Program-made: the position numbers and the translations under genes
Source of the DNA: Mobula hypostoma
Lineage: Eukaryota
Length of the DNA stretch: 64,000 nucleotides
Reading direction: 5' to 3'
Assembly (NCBI RefSeq): GCF_963921235.1
Contig: NC_086101.1
Span: forward strand, 4,156,001-4,220,000
Shown here: positions 36,030 through 48,350 of the stretch, piece by piece
How the letters are laid out: each line of letters starts with the position of its first letter
Numbering within the stretch: position 1 is the first letter of the stretch
Notes under the pieces: model-generated
The model's input: only the letters and a program-made list of their open reading frames with translations
Databases searched by the model: none
Told to the model about the DNA's origin: nothing

Positions 36030-38370
36030 TGTACCCTCTACCTGATGGTAACAGTGAGAAAAGGGCATGCCCTGGGTGCTGGAGGTCCTTAATAATGGAC
36101 GCTGCCTTTCTGAGACACCGCTCCCTGAAGATGTCCTGGGTACTTTGTAGGCTAGTACCCAAGATGGAGCTGACTAGATTTACAACCTTCTGCAGCTTCT
36201 TTTGGACCTGCGCAGTAGCCCCTCCATATCAGACAGTGATGCAGCCTGTCAGAATGCTCTCCACAGTACATCTATAGAAGCTTTTGAGAGTATTTGTTGA
36301 CATGTCAAATCTCTTCAAACTCCTAATAAAGTATAGCCGCTGTCTTGCCTTCTTTATGACTACATCAATATGTTGGGACCAGGTTAGATCCTCAGCGATC
36401 TTGACGCCCAGGAACTTGAAGCTGCTCACTCTCTCCACTTCTGATCGCTCCATGAGGATTGGTATGTGTTCCTTCATCTTACCCTTCCTGAAGTCCACAA
36501 TCAGCTCTTTCGTCTTATTGACGTTGAGTGCCAGGTTGTTGCTGTGGCACCATTCCACCAGTTGGTATATCTCACTCCTGTACGCCCTCTCGTCACCTGA
36601 GATTCTACCAACAACGGTTGTATCGTCAGCAAATTTATAGATGGTATTGGAGCTATACCTAGCCACACAGTCATGTGCATATAGAGAGTAGAGCAGCACA
36701 CATCCCTGAGATGCGCCAATGTTGATCATCAGTGAGGAGGAGATATTATCACCAATCCGCACAGATTGTGGTCTTCCATTTAGGAAGTCAAGGATCCAAT
36801 TGCAGAGGGAGGTACAGAGGCCCAGGTTCTGCAACTTCTCAATAGGATTGTGGGAATGATGGTATTAAATGCTGAGCTATAGTCAATGAACAGCATCCTG
36901 ACGTAAGTGTTTGTGTTGTCCAGGTGGTCTAAAGCCGTGTGAAGAGCCATTGAGACTGCGTCTGCCGTTGACCTCTTGAGACGATAGGGAAACCGCAATG
37001 GGTCCAGGTCCTTGCTGAGGCAGGAGTTCAGTCTCGTCATGACCAACCTCTCAAAGCACTTCATCACTGTCGATGTGAGTGCTACCAGGCCATAGTCATT
37101 AAGGTAGCCCATATTATTCTTCTTGGGCACAGGTATAATTGTTGCAAGTGGAAATTTACAATTTTGAAGCAAGTGGGAACTTCCACTCATAGCAGTGAGA
37201 GGTTGAAAATGTCCTTGAATATTCCCGCTAGTTGGTTGGCACAGGTTTTCAGAGTCTTACCAGGTACTCCATCGGGACCTTCTGCCTTGCGAGGGTTCAC
37301 TCTCTTTAACAGCTTCACAGCTGTAGTTGTGTTCTCCCTTTCAAAGCGTGCACAGTAGGCGTTGAGTTCATCTGGTAGTGAAACATCGTGCCATTCATGC
37401 TATCCTGACGAAACATCTCGGCCTGAAACGTCGACTGTACCTCTTCCTCGAGATGCTGCCTGGCCTGCTGCGTTCACCAGCAACTTTGATGTGTGTTGCT
37501 TGAATTTCCAGCATCTGCAGAATTCCTGTTGTTTGCCATTCATGCTATTGGGTTTCGCTTTGTAGGAAGTAATGTCTTGCAGACCCTGCCAGAGTTGCCG
37601 TGCACCCAATGTCACCTCCAACTTCATTCGAAATTGTCTCTTCGCCCTTGAAATAGACCTCCGCAAACCATACCTGGGTTTCTGGTACAGCCCTGGGTTG
37701 CCAGACTTGAATGCCACAGATCTGGCCTTCAGCAGACGACGAACCTCCCGGTTCATCCGTGGCTTTTGGTTTGAGAATGTACAGTAAGTCTTTGTAGGCA
37801 CACACTCATCCACACAGGTTTTAATGAAGTCAGTAACAACAGCAGCAAACTCATCCATGTTCAAAGATGAATCCCTGAGTACAGCCCAGTCCACCGATTC
37901 AAAGCAGTCCTGTAGGCACTCCTGTGCTTCCCTTGTCCAAACCTTCTTGATCCTCACTGCTGGTGCTGCAGTCTTCAGTCTCTGTCTATACTCAGGGAGT
38001 AGAAGTACAGCCAGGTGATCAGACTTCCCGAAGTGAGGGCGTGGAATAGCAAGATAGACATTCTTCATGGTGGTGTAGCAATGGTCCAGTGTGTTGTTTC
38101 CTCTGGCATTGCAAGTGATCTGTTGATGGCAGTTGCTTAGTGATTTGCTTCAGACTGACCTGGTTAACATCTCCCAAAACGATGGTGAAGGCGTTCGGGT
38201 GCGCTGTTTCGTGCATGTTGATCCCATTGCTCAGATCATCTAAAGCCTGCTTGACATTGGCCTGAGATGGAATGTAACAGCTACCAAAGTGACCCCAGAG
38301 AACTCCCATGGTAGGTAAAAAGGATGGCACTTTACTGCTGGATATTCCAGGTTCAGTGAGCAGAATTGGC
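36030..38370 (-). mobile_element. Rex1/Babar LINE ORF2 (APE + RT)
   Basis: [51 protein letters not shown]. Confidence 0.9.
37404..37533 (+). mobile_element. 130-bp Penelope-derived insert with 15-bp TSD
   Basis: tgccattcatgctat at 37389-37403 and 37534-37548; insert begins at cctgacga...gaaacgtcgactg. Confidence 0.85.
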
Positions 38371-38769
38371 ACCACACTGGGAATGCAGGGGGATCTCACT
38401 GAAACCTACCGAATGCTGAAAGTACTAGACAGGGTGGATGTGGAGAGGATGGTTCCTGTGGTGGGGGTATCCAGAACTAGAGGGCACAGCTTCAAAACTG
38501 AGGGGTGACCTTTCTGAACAAGAGATAAGGGAAGATTTTCTTTAGCCAGAGAGTAGTGAATCTGTGGAGCCCAAGTCTGTGGGTATATTGAAAGCGGAAG
38601 TTGATAGTTTCCTGATTGGTCAGGGCATCAAAGGATACGGTGAGAAGGCAGGTGTATGGGTTCGAGTGGGATCCGATTGAATGGCTTAATTTTTCTCCTA
38701 TGTGCTATGATAACTGAGCAGGCATATCAATTTAACAGATTGAAGGCGTCTCTCCTGCCTTCCCATGAT

Positions 38770-39265
38770 GCAGCACTCCCTCAGTGACGCCCCTCCCGCG
38801 ACTGGCACTCTCTCAGTGATGCCCCTCCCGTGATTGACACTCCCTTCACACCAACCTCCCGCCATGCGGCACGCCCTCAGTGACGCCCCTCCCGCGACTG
38901 GCACTCTCTTCACACCACCCTCCCGCCATGCGGCGCTCCCTCAGTGACGCCCCTCCCGCGACTGGCACTCCCTTCACACCACCCTCCCGCCATGCGGCAC
39001 GCCCTCAGTGACGCCCCTCCCGCGACTGGCACTCCCTTCACACCACCCTCCCGCCATGCGGCACGCCCTCAGTGACGCCCCTCCCGCGACTGGCACTCCC
39101 TTCACACCACCCTCCCGCCATGCGGCACGCCCTCAGTGACGCCCCTCCCGCGATTGGCACTCTCTTCACACCACCCTCCCGCCACGCGGCACTCCCTCAG
39201 TGACGCCCCTCCCGCGATTGGCACACTCTTCACACCACCCTCCCGCCATGCGGTGCTCCCTCGGC
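38770..39265. repeat. CpG-rich 64-bp tandem repeat (~7.5 copies, two related 32-bp halves)
   Basis: actggc recurs at 38961, 39025 and 39089; unit cactcccttcacaccaccctcccgccatgcggcacgccctcagtgacgcccctcccgcgactgg. Confidence 0.93.
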
Positions 39266-39692
39266 ACCACCCCCGCCCCCACCATTGTCACTCTCTCGGT
39301 GCCGCGCTTCCTGCCCTGCGGCCTCCCTCAACCGCGCCCCCCTCTCCCCGAGGCGGTGCTCCTTGGCCCCACCTCTGCCAATCTCCCAATAGCCTGCACT
39401 CTTCCCGAAGCAGACGCAGAACGACAGACCCAGCACTGACAGGCTGAGCATCGACTCCGTCCTTCCATAGCCTGTAGCAAACCGGGGAGATCTTCATTCA
39501 TAGGGTGGGGGCGCGGGGGGTGAGCGTTCACAAAATTCCTATTGGCTGGGTTTATGATCTGGATGGCAACCGCCTGCACCATTGGACAATGGAAACCCAT
39601 GTCAAGCAATCAGGGACTGCCTGCTCTGGTTTTCCAATATTGGCCGCCACATGCAGCCCCAGTGAAGCTGCAAAGCCCGGGTGGATACTCAC

Positions 39693-39866
39693 GAAGACAG
39701 ATGGGCGCCATACCACTCCACTCGCCCGACTCCAGGCACTCCCTAGTGGTCGATCCCACCAGCACCAGCTTGTCATTGCAATAGTACTGGACCTTGTCTC
39801 CAATGTTGTACCTCGTCCCAGATTTCCCGCCGCCCGCGGGGATCCCCGGATGAGGGCAATCTTGCA
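39693..39866 (-). CDS. CFB: Complement factor B/C2-like, CCP3 exon
   Basis: ctttcaag / gtgagt; 174 bp, phase 1/1. Encodes LQDCPHPGIPAGGGKSGTRYNIGDKVQYYCNDKLVLVGSTTRECLESGEWSGMAPICL. Confidence 0.95.
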
Positions 39867-39940
39867 CTTGAAAGGTACAGGGTAAGGCATTAGAGGCAAG
39901 GGCACAGGTGCACAGTAAATAGTATATATACACATACATT

Positions 39941-40246
39941 GTGTGGGCACGTGGCCAAGTGGTTAAGGCATTGGACTAGCCACCTGAAGGTTGTGAGTTC
40001 GAGCCCCAGCCGAGGCAGCGTGTTGTGTCCTTGAGCAAGGAACTTAACCACACATTGCTCTGCGATGACACCAGTGCCAAGCTGTATGGGTCTTAATGCC
40101 CTTCCCTTGGACAACATTGGTGTCGTGGAGAGGGGAGACTTGCAGCATGGGCAACTGCTGGTCTTCCATACAACCTTGCCCAGGCCTGCGCCTGGAGAGT
40201 GAAGACTTTCCAGGTGCAGATCCATGCCTCGCAAGACTAACGGATA
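39941..40246 (+). mobile_element. tRNA-derived SINE with CORE-like segment and RTE-derived 3' tail
   Basis: A box TGGCCAAGTGG (39952-39962), B box GTTCGAGCC (39997-40005), gtgtccttgagcaaggaacttaacc, tail matching 62251-62295; tacacataca flanks both sides. Confidence 0.88.
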
Positions 40247-40275
40247 CACATACAGACACACACACTCACACACAG

Positions 40276-40322
<47 letters not shown>
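40247..40322. repeat. Compound (CA)n(TA)n(GA)n microsatellite
   Basis: Read directly from the sequence. Confidence 0.95.
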
Positions 40323-40325
<3 letters not shown>

Positions 40326-40934
40326 CCGGAAAGGGCGAGTATCATTGTAAAGGGCCAGTCCATCATCCTGCTAATGGTCTGTTTGTCCCACTCCCATCAG
40401 GAAGAAGGCTACGTAGCATCCATGCCAGGACCACCAGACTCAAAAACGGTTATTTTTCCCAAGTGCTAAAGTTGTCCAACAGCTCCACCCACTAACACAC
40501 CCCCAACCACCATTAATTTATCACTTCCTGTCTGAGTCACCCTACATACAGACACAACTGTGCCTAGTGCCATTTTACAGACATGCAATCTATGTACATA
40601 ACCTAACTTATGTATTTATAATTCTGGTGTTCTTAATCTTACTGCAAATTTTGTGCTGCATTGGATACAGAAACAATTAATACATTCTCCTTTACACTGT
40701 GCACTGGAAATGATATTAAAAGATCATCCATTGAACCTGGCAATGAACGGGTTTATGTATGAGGAGTGTTTGGTGACTTTGAAGCTGTATCCACTCCAAT
40801 TCAGAAGAATGAGGGAAGAGGGGAATCTCATTGAAACTTATTAAATATCGATTGGCTGACATTGAGTGGATGTGAAAAGGATGTTTCCTACAGTGCGGGA
40901 GTCTAGGACCAGAGTGCACAGCCTCAGAATAGGT

Positions 40935-43900
40935 CATAAGACAAAAGAGCAGAATTAGGCCATTTGGCCCATCGAGTCCGCTCCACCATTCAATCATAGC
41001 TGATCCGCTTTTTCCTCTCCTCAGCCTTCTCCCAATAGCCTTTGACACAGTGTCCGATTAAGAACCTGTCAATCCCTGCCTTCAATACACCCAATGACCT
41101 GGCCTCTACAGCTGTTTGTGGTAACAAATTCCACAAATTCACCAACCTCTGGCTAGAGAAACCTCTCCACACCTGTGTTTTAAATGGACAACCCCTCTAT
41201 CCTGAGTTTATGCCCTCTTATCCCAGACCGCACCCCCCACCATGGGAATCTACTCTGTCCAGGCCTCTCAACATTCAAAAGATTTCAATGAGATCCCCCC
41301 TCATCCTTCTAAATTACATCGAGTACAGCCTCAGGGCCATCAAATATTCCTCATATGATAACACTTTCATTCCCGGAATCATCCTTGTGAATCTCCTCTG
41401 AACCATCTCCAATGTCAGCACATCTTTTCTTAGATGAGGAGCCCAAAACTGTTCACAATACTCAAGGTGAGGCCTCACCAGTGCCTTATAAAGCCTCAGA
41501 AACACATCCCTGCTCTTGTATTCTAGACCTCTTGAAACCAATGCTAACATTGCATTTGCCTTCCTCACCACCAATTTTACCTGCAAGTTAACCTTTCGGG
41601 TGTTCTGCACAAGGACACCCAAGTCCCTTTGCATCTCAGATTTTTGGATTTTCTCCCCGTTTAGAAAATAGTCCTCACATTTAAAGTGCATGACCGTGCA
41701 TTTTCCAACATTGTATTTCATTTGCCACTTTCTTGCCCATTCTCCTAATCTGTCCAAGTCTTTCTACATCCTACCTGTTTCCTCAACACTACCTGCCCTT
41801 CCAACAACCTTTTTATCATCTGCAAACTTGGCAACAGAGCCATCTATTCCATCATCTAAATCATCGATATAGGACATAAAAAGAAGTGGTCCCAATACCA
41901 ACCCCCGCAGAACACCACTAGTCACTGGCAGCCAAACAGAAAAGGATCCTTTGATTTCCACTCGCTGCCTCCTACCAATCAGCCAATGCTCTAACCATGT
42001 TACTAACTTTCCTATAATACCATGGCTCTTAACTTGGTAAGCAGCCACATGTGTGGCACCTTGTTAAAGGCCTTCTGAAAATCCAAATATATAACATCCA
42101 TTGCATCCCCTTTATCTATCCTACTTGTAAGCTCTTCAACAGATTTTGTCAAGCAGGATTTTCCCTGAAGGAAATCATGCTGACTTTATCCCACCTTGTC
42201 CTGTGTCACCAACTACTCCATACCTCGTCCTTAACAATTGACTCTAACATCTTCCCAACCACTGAGGTCAGGCTAACTGGTCTATAATTTCCTTTCTGCT
42301 GCCTTCCTCCTTTCTTAAAGAGTGGAGTGACATTAGCAATTTTCCAGCCCTCTGACACCATGCCAGAGTCCAATGATTTTTGAAAGATCATTGATAATGC
42401 CTCCACAATCTCTACCACTACCTCTTTCAGAACCCTAGGGTGCAGTTCCTCTGGTCCGGGTGACTTATGTACCTTTAGGTCTTTCAGCTTTTTGAGCACC
42501 TTCTCCCTTGTAATAATAACTGCACCCACTTCTCTTCCCTCACACACATCAACACCTGGCACACTGTTAGTGTCTTCCACAGTAACGACTGATGCAAAAT
42601 ACTGATTTAGTTCATCTGCCATCTCCTTTGTCCCCTAGTTTTTATTTTTCTGGCCTCATTTGTTAGTGATCCTATATCCACTCACATCTCTCTTTTAATT
42701 TTTACAAACATGAGAACGCTTTTTCTATCCACCTTAATATTATTCACTAGCTTGCTTTCAAATTTCATCTTTTCCCTTCTAATGATTATTTTAGTTGCAT
42801 TCTGTAGGTTTTTATAAACTTCTGAATCCTCTGTCTTCTCGCAAATTTTTACTTTATTTTATGCCCCCTTTTGCTTTTACTTCCCTTATCAGCCACAGTT
42901 GTACTATTTTGCCATTTGAGTATTTCTTCGTTAGACCACAAGACCTTATGACATGGGAGCAGAATTAGGCCATTTGGCCCATCGATTCTGCTCTGATATT
43001 CAATCATGGCTGATCCTTTTTTTCCCCTCAGACCCACTCCCTGGCCTTCTCTCCATAACCTCTGATGCCATGTCCAATCAAGAACCTATCAATCTCTGCC
43101 TTAAATACACCCAGCAGCCTGGCCTCCAATGCTGCCTGTGGCAATAAAAAATCCACAAATTCACCACCCTCTGGCTAAAGAAATTTCTCTGCATCTGTTT
43201 TAAACAAAGCCCCTCTACTGAGACTCGTCCACCATAAGAAACATCCTTTCCATATCTACTCTGTCTAGGTCTTTTTAAGCATTCGAAGGGTTTCAATGAT
43301 TGTTTTTGGAATACATCTATCCTGCACCTTCCTCATTTTTCCCAGAAACTCAAGCCATTGCTTGTCTGCTCACATCCCTGCCAGCAATCTCCTTCCAATT
43401 CACTTTGACAAACTCCTCTCTCATACCACTGTAATTTCCCTTACTCCATTGAAATACTGCTACATCAGACTTTACTTTCTCTCAATCAAATTTCAAGTTG
43501 AACTCAATCATATTGTGATCACTGTCTCCTAAGGGTTCTTTAACCTTAAGCTCCCTAATCAGCTTCAGTTCATTGCATGACACCCAATCCAGTATAGCTG
43601 ATCCCCTAGTAGGCTCAATGACAAACTGCTCTAAAAAGCCATCTTGTAGGCATTCAACAAACTCACCGTCTTGAGGTCCATTACCAGCCTGATTTTCCCG
43701 ATCAAACTGCATATTGAAATCTCCCATGACTACCATAACATTGCCCTTTGACACACCTTCTCTACTTCCCATTGTGATCTGCAGTCCACACCTCAGCAAC
43801 TGTTTTAAGGCATGTATATAACTGCCATCAATGTCCTTTTACCCTTGCAGTTTCTTAATTTGACCCACAAGGATTCAGCATCTTCTGATCTTATATCACA

Positions 43901-44560
43901 TCTTTCTAACGATTTGATGCCATTCTTTACTAGCAGAGCCACACCACCCACTCTCCCTACCTTCTAATCCCTCCGTTGCAATGTGTAACCCTGGACATTC
44001 AGCTCCCAGCTACAACTATCCTTCAGTCACGATTCAGTGATGGCCACAGCATCATACCTGACATCTGTATCAGTGCAACAAGATCATCCATTTTACTTCT
44101 TATCCTCCATGCATTGAGATTTAACACTTTCAGTGCTGTATTTGCTACCCTTTTTGATTCTGCATTGCTAATGCACTGTAACCCACCCTGCTGGCTGCAA
44201 TTTTGTCCTGTCATATGCCTGCCCTTCCTGACAGTCTGACTGCACACTGTCTTTGCTTTTTCACCATCTGTCCTATCCTGAGCCTCTTCAATCTGATTCC
44301 CAACCCTGTGCCAAATTAGTTTATACCCTCCCCAACTGCTCTAACAAACCTGCCCATGAGAATATTGGTTCCCCTCGGGCTCCGGTGCAACTTATCTCTT
44401 TTGTACGAGTCATACCTTCCCCAGAAGAAATTCCAATTATTCAGGACCCCGAAGACCTGGCCCCTGCACCAGCTTCTCGGCCACACATTTATCTGCCAAA
44501 TCATCCTGTGTCTACCCTCACTGGCGCGTGGCACAGGCAGCAATCCAGAAATTACTGCCC
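40935..44560 (-). mobile_element. CR1 LINE (ORF1 end and ORF2) inserted in a plus-strand CR1 3' fragment; nested CR1 tail ~42935-43295
   Basis: KSPGPEELHPRVLKE, KGNYRPVSLTS, KFADDK, LVRPHLEYC; the plus-strand host continues at ~44565-44810. Confidence 0.88.
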
Positions 44561-44954
44561 TGTACAGAAGGGCATCCCTTTAGAACAGAGATGAGGAGGA
44601 ATTTCTTTATTCAAGGGATGGTGAATCTGTGGAACTCATTGCCTGTGGAGGCCAAATCATTGGATGCATTTAAAACGGAGATCGATGGGTTCTTGATTAG
44701 TCAGAGGTGATGAGAAGAAGGCAGGAGAACGGGATAATAAATCAGCAATGATGGAATGACAGAGCAGACTCAATGGGCTGAATGACTTTAATCTGCTCCT
44801 ATGTCTTATGGTCATTGATATATTCAGGCCATCAGTGCTGCGGTTTGGATGTGGGACACGCTGATACATAACCATTGAAATTACACAGAAATCCGTGTTA
44901 AACGACCTTCATTGGCATGCATTGTTTCTGACAAGGAAAGCTCTGTTTACAGAC

Positions 44955-46080
44955 GTAGAGCATTACAGCACAATATAGGCTCTTCGGCCCACTATGCTGT
45001 GCCAACTTTTTAAACCTACTCCAAGTTTAATTCAACCCCTTCCTCCCACACAGCTCTCCGTTTTCATACATCATATCAACATATCACCTCCCTATCAACA
45101 TGCCTGTCTCAGAGCTTTTTAAATGTCCCGAATACCATCACCAAGTATCCACACACTTGGTACAAATAAACTGCGTCTGACATCTCTATACTTTCCTCCA
45201 GTCTCCAGTCACCCACTTGTATACTGCCCTGGGAGAAAGTCTCTGGCTGTCCACTTGATCCATGGCTTTTATCTTGTACACCCCTATCAAGACACCTCTC
45301 AACATCCTTCTCTCCAAAGAGAAAAGCTCTAGCTCATTCAACCTATCCTCAATAAGACATGCTCCATAATCCAGACAGTCTCCTGGTAAATCTCCTCTGC
45401 ACCCTTTCTAAAGCTTCCACATTCTTTCTATAACGAGATGACCAGAGCTGAACAATATTCCAAGTGTGGTCTGACCAGGGTTTTATAGAGCTGCAACATC
45501 TATAATTAAGACTAACACATCATATGCCTCCTTAACCTCCCTATCAACGTGTGTAGCACCTTTGAGGAATCTATGGATGTGGACTCCAAGATCTCTCTGT
45601 TACTCAGCACTGTCCCATGATTAAAGTTGTACTCTGCCTCAAATTCGACCTTCCAAAATGAATCATTTCACATTTTTCGGGGTTGAACTCCACCTGCCAT
45701 CTCTCAGTTCAACTCTGCATCCTGTCAACGTCCCGTTGTAACCTACAACAGCCTTCTACACTACCCACAACTCCACCAACCTTCATGTCATCTGCAAGCT
45801 TACTAACCTACCCTTCCACTTCCTCATCCAAGCTGTTTATAAAAATCGCTAAGAGCAGGTGTCTCACAATGGATCCCCCTGAATCACCTCTCGCCATGCA
45901 CATCCAGGCAGATATCACTCCATCTACAACCACCCTCTGTTTCCCATGGATAACTCTAAATCCAGACAGCCAAGTCTCTCTGGATCTCGTGTCTTCTGAC
46001 TTTATGAATGAGCCTACCTAGTAAGGCCTGGTCCAACACGTTACTAAAATCCATATACACCACATCCACAGTTCTACCTT
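44955..46080 (-). mobile_element. Degenerate CR1 RT and 3' end
   Basis: Reverse complement of ggtgtgtatatggattttagtaa, cttgcagatgacatgaaggttggtgg, cagaccacacttggaatatt. Confidence 0.78.
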
Positions 46081-46295
46081 TGTCAGCATGACTTGGTCGT
46101 CAGAGTAGGCTCAATTCTCAAGAATGAATCAATATGTAACTTGGGGACTACCTTTATGTTGGGCTTTCAACTGAACCCTCTTGCTTCCCTGTTAATAAAC
46201 TACTTCTACCACCCACTTGCCACTCACTTATCCTGCCTATATTTCTTTGATGGTGGCATATTTCCAAGGCCAACCTTTATGGACGGTGAACTTAC

Positions 46296-46478
46296 ATCCC
46301 GTGGTACAGACAGCATTGGTCCCATTCCAACGACCGTTCTTCATGCACGTTCTCTTCTGTGAACCTTTGAGAATGTACCCATCGTAACAGTCGAATGAAA
46401 CGGTCTGTCCATGCGCAAAGGACAAGTTCCCGGGGTAGACAGTTCCATCTTCGAGTACAGGAGCTGGACATTCGAACT
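46296..46478 (-). CDS. CFB: Complement factor B/C2-like, CCP2 exon
   Basis: ttctcag / gtaagt; 183 bp, phase 1/1. Encodes EFECPAPVLEDGTVYPGNLSFAHGQTVSFDCYDGYILKGSQKRTCMKNGRWNGTNAVCTTG. Confidence 0.95.
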
Positions 46479-46569
46479 CTGAGAATGGTGAAAGCCAATG
46501 TTAGAGGTTAGGCAGTGCTCGACAATTGGATGTGGTCAGAATGGCAAACTTAACTCCACCATGGAGGGT

Positions 46570-46795
46570 CCCAAGTCCAGATACAAAAGGAGGAGGTTGG
46601 GCATGGGGCTAGCAACCCCATCCCATAAACTGCCAGAGCTACTGAATCGCCAATAGCTCCAAAACCCTCATTTCTGGGAGAGGAACGATCTTTAAAGATG
46701 GCTCTCCTAGGGATAACTTGAAAGACAGCCCAGGATGATGTCTCTGGCAAGCGCTGTTGGGAGCCCATGCACCATGGGACCTTAGAGAAAGAGAG
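46570..46795 (+). mobile_element. Probable RTE-derived non-autonomous element
   Basis: gggttgggcatggggctagcaacccc-type 5' motif joined to a gcccaggatgatgtctctggcaagcg (AQD..W) RTE-like end; recognition only. Confidence 0.4.
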
Positions 46796-46919
46796 AGCGG
46801 TAGACCTGGCCCATGGGACGGTGATGTTAGAACCCAGAACCACAATAGCATCATTTCTTGCCCTTCTGGACATTGCACCCAACCCTAGTCTCCCTAGACT
46901 CATTCTAGGGAGCAAGCCA

Positions 46920-47228
46920 GGGTGAGGTGGCAGGGGAGAAGAAAAGACGGGGGTCAGGGCAGGAGAGGGGAGTCGGGGGGAGTAGAGAGCTGGACAGAGA
47001 GGGAGGAAGCAGTGTAGTATGATGAGAGAAGAGTGAAGATAGGAGAGCAAGGTAAGGAAGTGGGAAGAGGATAGGAAAAAGAAAAAGGGAGAGATGTAGA
47101 AAATACGGAAGGAGGGAGAGTTATGTAGGGATAAAAAAGTAACAGGAAGAAGGAGAGAGTCAGGCAGAGGTGTAGAGGAGGAGTGAAGGTGCCCAAGAGA
47201 GTAAGGCAGTGGGAGAGTGCGGGAAAGC
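46920..47228. repeat. Polypurine low-complexity tract
   Basis: Strongly GA-biased ~300 bp between the CCP1 and CCP2 exons. Confidence 0.8.
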
Positions 47229-47286
47229 AATCAACAGATGTTTACTGTCCCTTTACAGATGGTATCTTTACAGAAGGTATACATAC

Positions 47287-47481
47287 CTTTACAGGTGAAT
47301 GTTCTTTTGTTGTAGAATCTCCATCTGCCATTGTTAAAACACTTCGAAGTGGACATTGGCCAGGGATAATGCCAATCTGGACACTGGAACGTTGCCACAC
47401 TCGTCACATTATTGCCTTTGGACTTGATGACCCACCCTCCAGTGATGTGAATGTTGGGGTCACAGGTTACCTCCTCCTCTC
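47287..47481 (-). CDS. CFB: Complement factor B/C2-like, CCP1 (sushi) exon
   Basis: Acceptor tgtttgcag with upstream ctaac branch site, donor gtatgt; 195 bp, phase 1/1. Encodes xEEEVTCDPNIHITGG...CPDWHYPWP...CFNNGRW...TCK (4 Cys plus Trp of a CCP domain). Confidence 0.93.
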
Positions 47482-47770
47482 CTGCAAACAACACGTTAGT
47501 GTAAGCCCTGGAATATTAAAGAACAGGTAGAAATGCAGGCGGGGCGCGGTGGGGGGGGGGGATCAAAGAACTGACATAGGTGAAGCCATTCAGCCTACAG
47601 GACCCATTCTTCTCTCCCCCCCACCCCCCGCCACCCCAGCCCAGAATCTTGGAACTGGCAGGAACAGCTTCTTCCCCTCTGCCATCCGATTCCTGAATGG
47701 ACATCGAACCCATGAACACTACCTCACTTTTTTAATATATGTTATTTCTGTTTTTGCATGATGTACTCAT

Positions 47771-47801
<31 letters not shown>

Positions 47802-48350
47802 CTATATATTGCATTGAACAGCTGCAGCTAAGGTAACAAATTTCACAACACAAACTGGTGGTAATAAACCTGATTCTGATTTTGATTCTAATGTCATTGT
47901 GGAATTTCTGTTAGCTGAGATTTCTCTCGGGAGCTGGCTCCACACACCACAAGCCGACTCACGGAAGATATTCACCCACTGATTTTGCGATGGGCCAAGG
48001 TGGTTCTTGCACTGGCTTTTCACTTCCTCGCCCTCAGCTGCCATCTGGACATGCCGTGGCAGTCTGTTTTAGCACCAGGTCTCTACATGCGGTGATCCTT
48101 CCCTTGTATGTTGGGGACCTGGGCTGGAGGCTGTTACATACAGCAGTACTGTGTAACAGATTCCAGAGTCAGTTCACTGACTGCCCAGCCACCCGCCAGG
48201 TCTGTTCCCACTGACACCTCCCAGTCTCCGCCCAGCTAGTAGGATTCACCTGCCACTCACTCAGAAGAAAGCATGCCTTGCTATATACAAGCCTGATGTA
48301 GTTTTAGAGTCAGAATCCCACAAATTATATTATGATCAATCCATTATTAC

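Noticed and set aside
39941..40015. tRNA gene
   Set aside because: SINE head: no complete acceptor stem or T-run terminator, and it continues into CORE and RTE sequence.
46550..47230. 226-aa Leu/Ser/Pro/Phe-rich ORF
   Set aside because: Product of a polypyrimidine low-complexity tract within an intron.
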